This document shows, piece after piece, positions 26,464 to 35,374 of a stretch of DNA of 64,000 bases; the first letter of the stretch is position 1; the number at the start of each line of letters is the position of its first letter. The notes under the pieces are model-generated. The model made no database searches. It saw nothing but the letters and a program-made list of their open reading frames with translations, and had not been told where the DNA came from. Made by a program: the position numbers and the translations under genes. The stretch is taken from NCBI GenBank assembly GCA_017472695.1, contig JAFUOQ010000015.1:388-64387 (forward strand), written 5' to 3'. This DNA comes from Clostridia bacterium. Its GTDB lineage: Bacteria > Bacillota > Clostridia > Oscillospirales > CAG-272.

Positions 26464-28183
26464 AATTTATTTTGACCATGCCACCGTCAGCTATCTCAAG
26501 CTTTACAACTCCTTGGTTAAGCTTACCATCGCGAATTTTTCCTCCACATATATCAAAGATTTGGTATTTTGCCTCTCCGTTTAATTCAAGGTAAATATAA
26601 TCCTTGCCTGTTGCGTTGAAAATATAGTTGGTTTTATCCTTTAAGGGTGTAGCAACAACCCCTTGATATAACACAGAAACCACCTCGTCCTTGCCTATCG
26701 CTCTTGCTTTGGTGAAATTTGCATCAACATCAAAGTATTCCATCTCACCCTTTAAAATGGTATCCTTGTGAGCTCGCCAAAACGAAATGTACCACTTTAA
26801 TATTTTCTTGTGCTCACTTGATATATCATCAAAGCGAATGGAAATTTGAGGAACTGCAAACATTGTAGAAAGCAGCTGCTGCATCAAGGCTTCAGGGCGT
26901 TCATTTTTGTTCCACATCATCATATCGCTGTGAACACAGCCCTGCTGTGTCATTCGCATAGAAAGTGAGTGAATACGATTAACAAGTGGATCATTTGGGC
27001 AATCCGCTACTCTAAACATATTTCCATATTGGCTTATAACAGGCCCTATGTAGGATTGTCGAAACTCTATCAAAAATTCTGGGTTTATCTTTTTCACCCT
27101 TTGAGAAATTTCCGCAAGAAGCATTTCAACCGCATCCTCAACAGATACAGTATCCATTTTATCGTACTCCTCGGAGCTTTCCTCATCTAGTATAAAGCTA
27201 TCTATAAAATCAAGCTTTAAGCCATCAATTCCGTAATCAAGAACAAATCGCTCATAGATGTCGACTAAAAACTCTCTAACCTCCTTGAAGCGAGGGTCGA
27301 GAACCTTTGCATTCATATGGTCTCTTGTTCTTAAGCACATTTCTTTAAAGCGTTCATAATTTTTGCTATAAAAACCGAGAAAAGGAACGGAAAACCAAAG
27401 CATAAACTTCATATCAAGCTTATGTATTTCGTCAACAAAGGCTTTCATATCTGGGATTTTCTTTTCGCAAACCTCCCAGTCTCCACAATATCCATAGCCA
27501 CGAGAGTTATCATCTGTTTGCCAACCATCGTCAACAATTACAGTATCCATGCCGTATTCCTTGGCGATTTTACATTCGTATATTATATCCGCAGGTATTG
27601 TTTTTTGGTGGAAGCTATACCAAGCGGAATAAAGAGGCGCGCTTGCGTGCTCTGGCTCGTATGCTTTTTTAAAGCCAAGCTCACTCCACCACCTTTTTGT
27701 TTCCTCAACAGCTTTATAAAATGGAATTTTGCGAGTATCTAGACGAATTGTAATTTCATATTCGCTCATTTTTGACACCTTTTCGCAAAATAGCCTTATT
27801 TCATAGCCTATTTTTCCTGTTTCCTCAATTACGCCAGCCATTATACTAATTGGCGTTTTAGGGTCAGAAAGAGAAATTGTCATACGGTTTTCATTTGATT
27901 TACTATAAAGAGACACAACTGGTGCGCCCTGTGTCATTTTACTTACCGATGTGCGCTTTTCCCAATCAGGCGTAATATTGGAGTCGAAATGATGTCTTGG
28001 CGACCAAAATCCGATGGTGTCAATTTGCTCTGTTTCCCACGAAATTACATATTCTGAAGGAGAAATGAAGTCAGAAAAAATAAGCTTTACCTTATATTCG
28101 CTTATTTCTCCAACCTTAATTTTTTCTATTTTTTCTTGCTTCAAGCTATTTTCAGTTTTTGTTACAAAGGTTACCTCTGACAT
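26462..28183 (-). CDS. Clan GH-D (GH36-like) glycosidase, putative alpha-galactosidase-like enzyme
   Basis: TIM-barrel signature ...TVIVDDGWQTDDNSRGYGYCGDWEV...KFMLWFSVPF...GIDGLKLDFID... Confidence 0.55.
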   Translation of the reverse strand: MSEVTFVTKTENSLKQEKIEKIKVGEISEYKVKLIFSDFISPSEYVISWETEQIDTIGFWSPRHHFDSNITPDWEKRTSVSKMTQGAPVVSLYSKSNENRMTISLSDPKTPISIMAGVIEETGKIGYEIRLFCEKVSKMSEYEITIRLDTRKIPFYKAVEETKRWWSELGFKKAYEPEHASAPLYSAWYSFHQKTIPADIIYECKIAKEYGMDTVIVDDGWQTDDNSRGYGYCGDWEVCEKKIPDMKAFVDEIHKLDMKFMLWFSVPFLGFYSKNYERFKEMCLRTRDHMNAKVLDPRFKEVREFLVDIYERFVLDYGIDGLKLDFIDSFILDEESSEEYDKMDTVSVEDAVEMLLAEISQRVKKINPEFLIEFRQSYIGPVISQYGNMFRVADCPNDPLVNRIHSLSMRMTQQGCVHSDMMMWNKNERPEALMQQLLSTMFAVPQISIRFDDISSEHKKILKWYISFWRAHKDTILKGEMEYFDVDANFTKARAIGKDEVVSVLYQGVVATPLKDKTNYIFNATGKDYIYLELNGEAKYQIFDICGGKIRDGKLNQGVVKLEIADGGMVKIN

Positions 28184-28207
28184 TTAATTCCTCCAAATAG
28201 AAAACAA

Positions 28208-28870
28208 TTATCCCTTTATAAGCTCGTATTTTCCACTTTTTAAGGTTTGTACTAACGTATCCATATTCTTTATTTCAAAATCGGTCAAAATGCCTGCATT
28301 TGCTGGAACATGGTTATAATGAAAATCAGTACCAGAGGTTTTGATAAGATTGAATTTATCAGCCCAAGCATCGGCAATTTCATTTCTTGAATCGTGCCCC
28401 ATATGTCCATTAAAAACCTCTACACCATCTAGTAAATATGGTGGGGTTATAGTCATCGAATTTCTAAATGGATGCGCCTGTATAAACAAAAGTCCATTTT
28501 CTCTAGCCAGCTTGCTAAATGAATCAGGATTCATTAGGTAAAGCTCATCGTGATTTCTTAAAAATTCTTCAGTTATACCAAAAACAAGATAATCATTTAC
28601 GTTTTGGGTAAATCGAAGCTCCATACCGAGCAAGATATTCAGCTTGCCCTTGGCATCGTTTTTCAAATCCTCGTAGCCCTTTAAATAAACAGTTACAAAA
28701 TCTTGATAATGCTCACATTTATGGAATCTTTGAGTTCCGAGATTAAAATGATTTGCTAAAACGAGAGAGGTATATCCTGCCTCTGTATACTTTTCGATAA
28801 TTTCCTCGTTTGAAACTCTTGCGCATTCACTTATACTTTTTGAATGACAATGAAGCTCTGTCTTGAACAT
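28208..28870 (-). CDS. PHP-domain metal-dependent phosphoesterase
   Basis: N-terminal ELHCHSKSISECA and later HPF / DFH metal-ligand motifs. Confidence 0.6.
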   Translation of the reverse strand: MFKTELHCHSKSISECARVSNEEIIEKYTEAGYTSLVLANHFNLGTQRFHKCEHYQDFVTVYLKGYEDLKNDAKGKLNILLGMELRFTQNVNDYLVFGITEEFLRNHDELYLMNPDSFSKLARENGLLFIQAHPFRNSMTITPPYLLDGVEVFNGHMGHDSRNEIADAWADKFNLIKTSGTDFHYNHVPANAGILTDFEIKNMDTLVQTLKSGKYELIKG

Positions 28871-28906
28871 AATTTCTCCTATTTCCTGCCAGACACTGGG
28901 GCGGTT

Positions 28907-29839
28907 TTATTTCCATTTTGGTTTGTTTTTTAATGTTGTATATAGCTCAACATAGCTATCGTGGCGTGACTTTTGTATTTCCTTGTTTCGAACTCGCTCA
29001 ATGACATCACAGCCATCCTCTTTTGTATGCGAGCATTTGGTATACTTGCATTTACCAACAGAATCCTTAAAATCTCTAAAGGTGTCGAACAAATCCTCTA
29101 GTGAAAAGAAATCAAATCTTTCAAAATCAAGAAGTGAAAAGCCAGGTGTATCTGCCAAATACCCACTAAATTCCTCTCCTAAAAGTGACGAAAGCTCAAA
29201 AAGCTCCGTGTGACGAGTAGTATTTTTGCCACGCTCAATTTTTTCACTCAAATCGCCTGTTTTTAATGATAGTTCTGGAAAAAGTGCATTCATTAGTGTG
29301 CTTTTGCCTGCGCCTGACGCACCAGCAAAGGCACAAATTGGCGAATTATCTTTAGTGATTTTTTTAAGATAGTTAAGAACATTGCTAACGCCCTCATTTT
29401 CATATGACGAGGTTAAAAATGTACTAAATCCACTTTTTTTATAGATTGAATAAAGCTCCTCTGCGTAATCGCTATCAAGGTCAGCTTTTGATATTACAAT
29501 AACAGGCTCTATTTTATTATATTCCGCTATTGCTATCATCTTGTCGACTATAAACAACGATGGCGTGGGCTTTTTTGATGAAATAACGACAAAAATGTAG
29601 TCTAGATTTGCAAGTGGGGGTCTTATCAGAGAATTTTTTCTTTCAAGTATTTTTTTGCAAAAAAACTCGCCCTCTCCTACGCATTCAATTTCAACTCTGT
29701 CACCTGCCAAAAGGAGCATCTTTTCATAGCGAAACGAGCCACGTCCCCTGACATTTATTATTTTTTCACCATTATATTCCGAGTCGAGCATGACCGTATA
29801 AAGTCCACCAACTCCTTTTATAACTGTACCTAAAATCAT
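28907..29839 (-). CDS. rsgA: Ribosome small-subunit-dependent GTPase A
   Basis: OB domain, circularly permuted GTPase (GASGAGKSTLMNAL), C-terminal zinc finger CKYTKCSHTKEDGC. Confidence 0.9.
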   Translation of the reverse strand: MILGTVIKGVGGLYTVMLDSEYNGEKIINVRGRGSFRYEKMLLLAGDRVEIECVGEGEFFCKKILERKNSLIRPPLANLDYIFVVISSKKPTPSLFIVDKMIAIAEYNKIEPVIVISKADLDSDYAEELYSIYKKSGFSTFLTSSYENEGVSNVLNYLKKITKDNSPICAFAGASGAGKSTLMNALFPELSLKTGDLSEKIERGKNTTRHTELFELSSLLGEEFSGYLADTPGFSLLDFERFDFFSLEDLFDTFRDFKDSVGKCKYTKCSHTKEDGCDVIERVRNKEIQKSRHDSYVELYTTLKNKPKWK

Positions 29840-29842
29840 CTA

Positions 29843-30814
29843 TTATTTCTTCTCTTTTTTGAATATTCTCTTAATTCTTCCGATTAAGTTTTTGAAAAAT
29901 GAATTTGAAGGAAGCTCATCAAATTTCATCTTCTTATTAGCTTGAAGCTGTTTTATATATCCAAGCATCTCCTCTGCGCTTTGGAATCTGTTTGCTGGGT
30001 CCTTGCTCATTGCACAAAGGATTATTTGCTCAAGTCCAACAGGGATTGATGAGTTTAACTGTCTTGGTGGCACAGGGTCATCGTGCATATGCTTAACCAA
30101 AACCGCAATAGGTGTTTCTCCCTTGAATGGTGTTTGTCCTGTTGCAAGCTCGTACATCACAGCGCCAAGTGAATAAATATCGCTTCGTGCATCGATATCT
30201 CTTCTGCCTCCTGCCTGTTCTGGGCTCATATAGTAAACAGTTCCTACTGCCTTACCTGTGGCTGTCAAGGATGTGCCAACATCCGCAACCTTGGCAACGC
30301 CAAAGTCCATCACCTTAATTCTTCCATTTTCAAGGAGCATAATATTTTGAGGCTTAATGTCTCTATGAATTATATGATTTCTGTGTGCCTCGGCAAGAGC
30401 ACGCAAAATCTGTGCAGTATAGCTAACTATCTCCTCAAAATCAAGAGGTCTTCCCTTGGCAACTAAATATTTTTTAAGAGTCAAGCCATATAGGTATTCC
30501 ATTACCATATACTTAACCCTACCCTTTATTGAATAGCCGTGAACGGCAACTATATTATTATGTCTTAACTCTTGAGCAATTCTGACCTCTGTTTTGAATC
30601 TTTTTAAAACTGTTTCGTCATTTGCTACATCGTCCTTCAAAACCTTAATGGCAACTGTCATAGAATTCAAATCCCTATCGCGGGCTTTATAAACAACCGA
30701 CATGCCACCAACACCAATGATTCTATCAATGATATATCTATTGTCGAGAATCTTGTTTAGATAGTCTTTGTACTTATCAACTTCTTCTCTTTGATTAGAA
30801 ACATTATTTTCCAT
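29843..30814 (-). CDS. Hanks-type Ser/Thr protein kinase, kinase domain only (323 aa, no TM segment or PASTA repeats)
   Basis: GVGGMSVVYKA, HRDIKPQNIML, DFGVAK, YMSPEQ motifs; ends in a basic amphipathic tail FFKNLIGRIKRIFKKEKK. Confidence 0.85.
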   Translation of the reverse strand: MENNVSNQREEVDKYKDYLNKILDNRYIIDRIIGVGGMSVVYKARDRDLNSMTVAIKVLKDDVANDETVLKRFKTEVRIAQELRHNNIVAVHGYSIKGRVKYMVMEYLYGLTLKKYLVAKGRPLDFEEIVSYTAQILRALAEAHRNHIIHRDIKPQNIMLLENGRIKVMDFGVAKVADVGTSLTATGKAVGTVYYMSPEQAGGRRDIDARSDIYSLGAVMYELATGQTPFKGETPIAVLVKHMHDDPVPPRQLNSSIPVGLEQIILCAMSKDPANRFQSAEEMLGYIKQLQANKKMKFDELPSNSFFKNLIGRIKRIFKKEKK

Positions 30815-30825
30815 CGAGGTCCTCC

Positions 30826-31605
30826 TTATATTCTTACTAAAATTGCTGTGATATTGTCATGTCCGCCGTTTTGATTTGCGGTATCTATTAGCTTTCTTAC
30901 CTTTAAATCAAGCTCCACCTGATCGAGGTTTATTAAGGAGTGACGATCCTTTGATACAATATCACATATAGTGGAGTTGTCCACCATATTGGTCAAGCCA
31001 TCAGTACAGAAAAGAAGGAATGTGCCGTCCTCTACCTTGGTAGTATAAAGATCTCCTTCAACAAGCGCCTCTGTTCCAACAGCCTTTGTAATTATGTTTT
31101 TATGAGAGGAGGTTTCTGCCTCCTCTGCTGTCATAGCACCCATATCAACCAAATATTGAACGTATGAATGATCCTTTGTTATTTGCTTTATTGTGCCACC
31201 CTTGAGAGTATATAGGCGACTATCTCCAACATTAATAGCGAAGATGTTTTTATCAATTATAAGCGCGCCTACAAGTGTTGTGCCCATGCCCTTATGGTCC
31301 TTGCTATTCTTCGCCGCTGTATAAACCTTTTCGTTAGCAATATCAACGCCCTTTGCAAGTGCTCTTTTGATATCACTCGTGCTAACCTGCTTATCTCTAT
31401 TTTTAAGGTAAGGTATAATGAATTGGTCAACGGTATAAACGAACGCCTCGGCTGCAAGCCTTGAAGCCTCCTCGCCTCCCTTGGCTCCGCCCATTCCGTC
31501 GCAAACTACACAAAGAGTTGTTTTTTCAGTATATTTACGAAGCATGAAATTATCTTGATTATTTGAGCGCTTCATACCTGTATTTGTACTTGCAGAACAA
31601 ATCAT
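30826..31605 (-). CDS. PP2C-family Ser/Thr phosphatase
   Basis: RSNNQDNF, VCDGMGG, GGHDNIT motifs. The ATG at 31605 is preceded by GGAGG and forms an ATGA overlap with the rlmN stop. Confidence 0.85.
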   Translation of the reverse strand: MICSASTNTGMKRSNNQDNFMLRKYTEKTTLCVVCDGMGGAKGGEEASRLAAEAFVYTVDQFIIPYLKNRDKQVSTSDIKRALAKGVDIANEKVYTAAKNSKDHKGMGTTLVGALIIDKNIFAINVGDSRLYTLKGGTIKQITKDHSYVQYLVDMGAMTAEEAETSSHKNIITKAVGTEALVEGDLYTTKVEDGTFLLFCTDGLTNMVDNSTICDIVSKDRHSLINLDQVELDLKVRKLIDTANQNGGHDNITAILVRI

Positions 31606-32651
31606 TCTCTTTCCTCCTTTGCTTGTCTTCTCAGCTGTCCGCACGATGCGTTAATATCAGATCCTAAACGGCGTCTGACTGTCGCGTTTATTCCTAAAGA
31701 CAACAGTTTGTTTTTAAAATTATTTACGTTTTTAGATGTTCCCAGCCCGGTTTCCTTTACCTCATTTAGAGGGATTAAGTTCACATGGCATGGAGAGTGA
31801 ATATACTTTTTGAGAATTGAGGCTAGGCGCACAGCACCCTCCTCAGTGTCATTTTTTCCTTCAATAAGAGTGTATTCAAAAGAAATACGTCTAGAGGTTT
31901 TCTCAAAATAGCTTTGGCAAGAAGACAAAAGCTCCTCTATTGAATACTTATTATTTATAGGCATAATTTTGCTTCTTGTTTCGTTGTCATATGCGTGCAA
32001 GGAGATTGACAGGGTAATTGGCAATTCCTCCTTTGCCAGCTTGTTTATTTTATCAACGAGTCCACAGGTTGAAACAGATATGTGGCGCAAACCTATATTT
32101 AGTCCATTTTCATCTCTTACAAGGCGTAAGAATTTTATTGTATTATCGTAGTTGTCAAGTGGCTCACCTATTCCCATCATAACAACATTTGAAACTCTTT
32201 CACCAGTGTCCTTTTCGGCAGCGATAATTTGTCCAAGCATTTCAGATGAAAATAGATTTCTAACTCTACCAAGTAGGGTTGAGGCGCAGAACTTGCAGCC
32301 CATACGACAGCCCACCTGTGAAGAGATACAAAGTGTATTTCCATGCTCGTATCTCATAAATACAGACTCGATAAATTCGCCATCATAAAGCTCAAATAAA
32401 TACTTTATTGTGCCATCAATTTTAGACACAAGCTTCTTTTCAATTTTAGGTAAGGTGAATATAAATTTCTCGTTAAGCTTTTGGCGAAGTGATAATGGAA
32501 TATTCTTCATTTCCTCGCCCCATTTACCCTTGATAATCCATGAGTAAATTTGCTTTGCACGAAATTTTGGCTCACCTATATTTATAATTTCCTTTTCAAG
32601 CTCCTCTAGCGAGAGCGATAGAATATCAATTTTTTCAAAGGAGTTAGTCAT
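31602..32651 (-). CDS. rlmN: 23S rRNA/tRNA adenine-C2 methyltransferase (radical SAM)
   Basis: CRMGCKFCAST radical-SAM cluster motif; conserved position after rsmB. Confidence 0.9.
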   Translation of the reverse strand: MTNSFEKIDILSLSLEELEKEIINIGEPKFRAKQIYSWIIKGKWGEEMKNIPLSLRQKLNEKFIFTLPKIEKKLVSKIDGTIKYLFELYDGEFIESVFMRYEHGNTLCISSQVGCRMGCKFCASTLLGRVRNLFSSEMLGQIIAAEKDTGERVSNVVMMGIGEPLDNYDNTIKFLRLVRDENGLNIGLRHISVSTCGLVDKINKLAKEELPITLSISLHAYDNETRSKIMPINNKYSIEELLSSCQSYFEKTSRRISFEYTLIEGKNDTEEGAVRLASILKKYIHSPCHVNLIPLNEVKETGLGTSKNVNNFKNKLLSLGINATVRRRLGSDINASCGQLRRQAKEERE

Positions 32652-33948
32652 CTTTTCTTCTCATTTTTGCGACAAAAAAGCCGTCAGTCGCTATTTTGCA
32701 TGGCAAAAATGTATATCCTCCTTTGTTTGATTTAATTTCACCAATTTCAAAATCGACCGCCTCAAACGATGGATTTTCTAGCAAAAATTTCTCTATGTTT
32801 TTCTCATTTTCAAGAGAGTTTATAGTACAGGTGGAATAGACTAAAATGCCACCTTTTTTTACATATTTTGCGCAATTTATCAAAATGTCATATTGGACAC
32901 TTGGTAGAGCGTTTATATTATCAATCGGCTTATATTTTATATCAGGCTTTTTAAAAATAACACCAAGACCGGAGCAAGGTACATCACAAAGAACCCTGTC
33001 AAATTTTTCAAGATATTCGGGAACTAGCTCCTTTGCGTTTTGTGCCCTTGTGTTGATAATATCAACGCCTAATCTTTTCGCACCCTTTTCAATCAACGAG
33101 AGTTTATTTTGGTGCAAATCGGAGGAATACAGCTCTCCCTTATTTTGCATATCCAATGCAATACTAAAGCTTTTACCACCTGGGCACGCACATACATCGG
33201 CGACAACCTCACCTGCTTGCGCACCAAAAACTTCAGATGCGATTCTTGATGACTCATCCTGTACAAAGGCATAGCCATTGTCTAGGATATCTTCCAAAGC
33301 GGATATAGGCGCATTGGTAATTACAATATCTCTTGCAAGTGATGATTTTTCAGCTATGTAGTCCTTTTTCAAAAGGATTGCTATAACCTCGTCAACGCTT
33401 GTCCTTAAGGTATTAATTCGTAATGAAATATGTGATTTTTGCGGGGGGAGTGTGCATAATTCGGTGGCGATATCGTCACCATATGAGCTTCGAAATATAT
33501 TAATTATATCCATAGGAATTGAATTTTCCAGACTAATTCTTTCCCATTTTTCGTTTGGTAAGGAATATTTCTTACCCGCGCGAATAAAACTCCTCAAAAC
33601 TGCGTTTACAAAGCCCTTTGAACGCTTGTTTGCTAAATTTACACTTTCTGAAACTGCGCTATATTCAGGAATTTTGTCTGTAAACAAAAGCTGATATATG
33701 CCAAGTCTTAATATATTTTTTGTTTGGATTTCAATTTTGGATGGTGGAATTTGAGAATACTCGTCTATTATAGAGTCGAGTAGCATTTTCTTTTCAATCA
33801 CACCAAGGAAAAGGAGAGTATAAAGAGAATTGTCATTTTTTTCGGCTTTTTGGCGCGAAATGACTGTGTTTAATTCAATATTGGAAAAGGATGCACTGCT
33901 ATCCCATTTTACAAGTGAATTTAGTGCTGCTTCTCTTGGATTAAACAT
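32644..33948 (-). CDS. rsmB: 16S rRNA (cytosine967-C5)-methyltransferase
   Basis: NusB-like N-domain, then CACPGGKS and DVPCSGLG motifs. Confidence 0.85.
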   Translation of the reverse strand: MFNPREAALNSLVKWDSSASFSNIELNTVISRQKAEKNDNSLYTLLFLGVIEKKMLLDSIIDEYSQIPPSKIEIQTKNILRLGIYQLLFTDKIPEYSAVSESVNLANKRSKGFVNAVLRSFIRAGKKYSLPNEKWERISLENSIPMDIINIFRSSYGDDIATELCTLPPQKSHISLRINTLRTSVDEVIAILLKKDYIAEKSSLARDIVITNAPISALEDILDNGYAFVQDESSRIASEVFGAQAGEVVADVCACPGGKSFSIALDMQNKGELYSSDLHQNKLSLIEKGAKRLGVDIINTRAQNAKELVPEYLEKFDRVLCDVPCSGLGVIFKKPDIKYKPIDNINALPSVQYDILINCAKYVKKGGILVYSTCTINSLENEKNIEKFLLENPSFEAVDFEIGEIKSNKGGYTFLPCKIATDGFFVAKMRRKDD

Positions 33949-33967
33949 ATTTCTCTCCCTTCGTAAA

Positions 33968-34897
33968 TTATCCTAAAATGTCACCCACCTTTATTTTTCT
34001 GCCATTTATAAATGCGGTGGCACTCATTTTACCCTTGCCCTCTGGCACAACCTCGTCAAAAACGATAACACCATCTCGGCATTTTACAAAAATTCCGCCA
34101 TCTAGTGAAACAACCTCACCACACTCACCCTTAAAAATATTGGGGGATGTATGCGATTTTGTCACCTTTAATACTTTCCCATCAGGTGTTTTTGTAAATG
34201 CAACTGGTATTGGGGATAACCCCCTTATTTTGTTGTGCACATCTTTTTGAGTGTCGTTAAAATCAATCAAGCAATCAGCTTTAGTAATCTTTTCTGCATA
34301 TGTGAAATTATCATCTTGCTTTGTAAAGGTAGCCTTACCATTATCAAAAAGCTCAATAGCCTTTAAAAGTCCTTTACTGCCTGCTTCAATTAATTTATCG
34401 TGAACCACTTCAAAGTTGTCATTTTCCTCAATTTTTACCTCTTCGACCAAAATAACATCGCCTGTATCAAGACCAATGTCCATTTTCATAATGCTCACAC
34501 CTGTTTTTTCTTCACCGTCCATAATGGCACGTTGAATTGGTGCAGCACCACGATATTTAGGAAGAATTGATGCGTGTGCATTTATACACGCATATTTAGG
34601 AAAATCAAGCACGTATGATGGCAAAAGCTTTCCATATGCTACAACTATAATAAGCTCCGGCTGAAGCTCGTTTAAGGTTTCTAAAAACGCACCATCCTTT
34701 AGTGTTTCGGGCTGATAAACCTTTAAGCCGTTTTCCATTGCATATTGCTTAACCGGGCTTGGAGTTAATACCATCCCTCTGCCCTTGGGCTTGTCCGGAG
34801 TTGTAACAACGCCAACTATTTCGTTGCTTGTATTTTGATGTATCGCCTTCAAATTGCACATAGCAAATTCGGGTGTACCCATAAACATTATTCTCAT
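33968..34897 (-). CDS. fmt: Methionyl-tRNA formyltransferase
   Basis: MRIMFMGTPEFA..., HASILPKYRGAAPIQ. Confidence 0.92.
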   Translation of the reverse strand: MRIMFMGTPEFAMCNLKAIHQNTSNEIVGVVTTPDKPKGRGMVLTPSPVKQYAMENGLKVYQPETLKDGAFLETLNELQPELIIVVAYGKLLPSYVLDFPKYACINAHASILPKYRGAAPIQRAIMDGEEKTGVSIMKMDIGLDTGDVILVEEVKIEENDNFEVVHDKLIEAGSKGLLKAIELFDNGKATFTKQDDNFTYAEKITKADCLIDFNDTQKDVHNKIRGLSPIPVAFTKTPDGKVLKVTKSHTSPNIFKGECGEVVSLDGGIFVKCRDGVIVFDEVVPEGKGKMSATAFINGRKIKVGDILG

Positions 34898-35364
34898 TCT
34901 ACCTCATCAGCTCCCAGCATTCTTATTGCCTTGTCTGTGTAAATTATTCCGTCAAGATGGTCTATTTCATGGCACATTGCCTTTGCAAGAAGGTCATAGC
35001 CTGTAACCTCTATTTCATTACCATTTCTGTCAAGGGCTCTTACTGTAACACACTTTGGGCGTTTAGTTATTCCCCATTTGCCTGGTAGTGAAAGACAGCC
35101 CTCTGTGCCCTCTTGCGTTCCTGTTTTTCTAACAATAACAGGGTTTATAAACTCAAAAAGTCCTTCCTCTGTTTCTATTACAACGATTCTTCTCAAAACT
35201 CCAACCTGAACAGCGGCAAGTCCACAGCCGTTAGCCGCCCTCATTGTTTCTACCATATCGTCAAGAAGTGTTGTGATTCTTGGAGTTATTTCAGTAACCT
35301 CACGGCTCTTTTTTCTTAAAAACTCCTCGTTGTCCTTCTCTGTAACTATTTTTAAAACTGCCAT
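34894..35364 (-). CDS. def: Peptide deformylase
   Basis: GCGLAAVQVG, EGCLSLPG, HEIDHLDG motifs. The ATG at 35364 follows AAGGAG. Confidence 0.92.
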   Translation of the reverse strand: MAVLKIVTEKDNEEFLRKKSREVTEITPRITTLLDDMVETMRAANGCGLAAVQVGVLRRIVVIETEEGLFEFINPVIVRKTGTQEGTEGCLSLPGKWGITKRPKCVTVRALDRNGNEIEVTGYDLLAKAMCHEIDHLDGIIYTDKAIRMLGADEVE

Positions 35365-35374
35365 TTTTTCTCCT

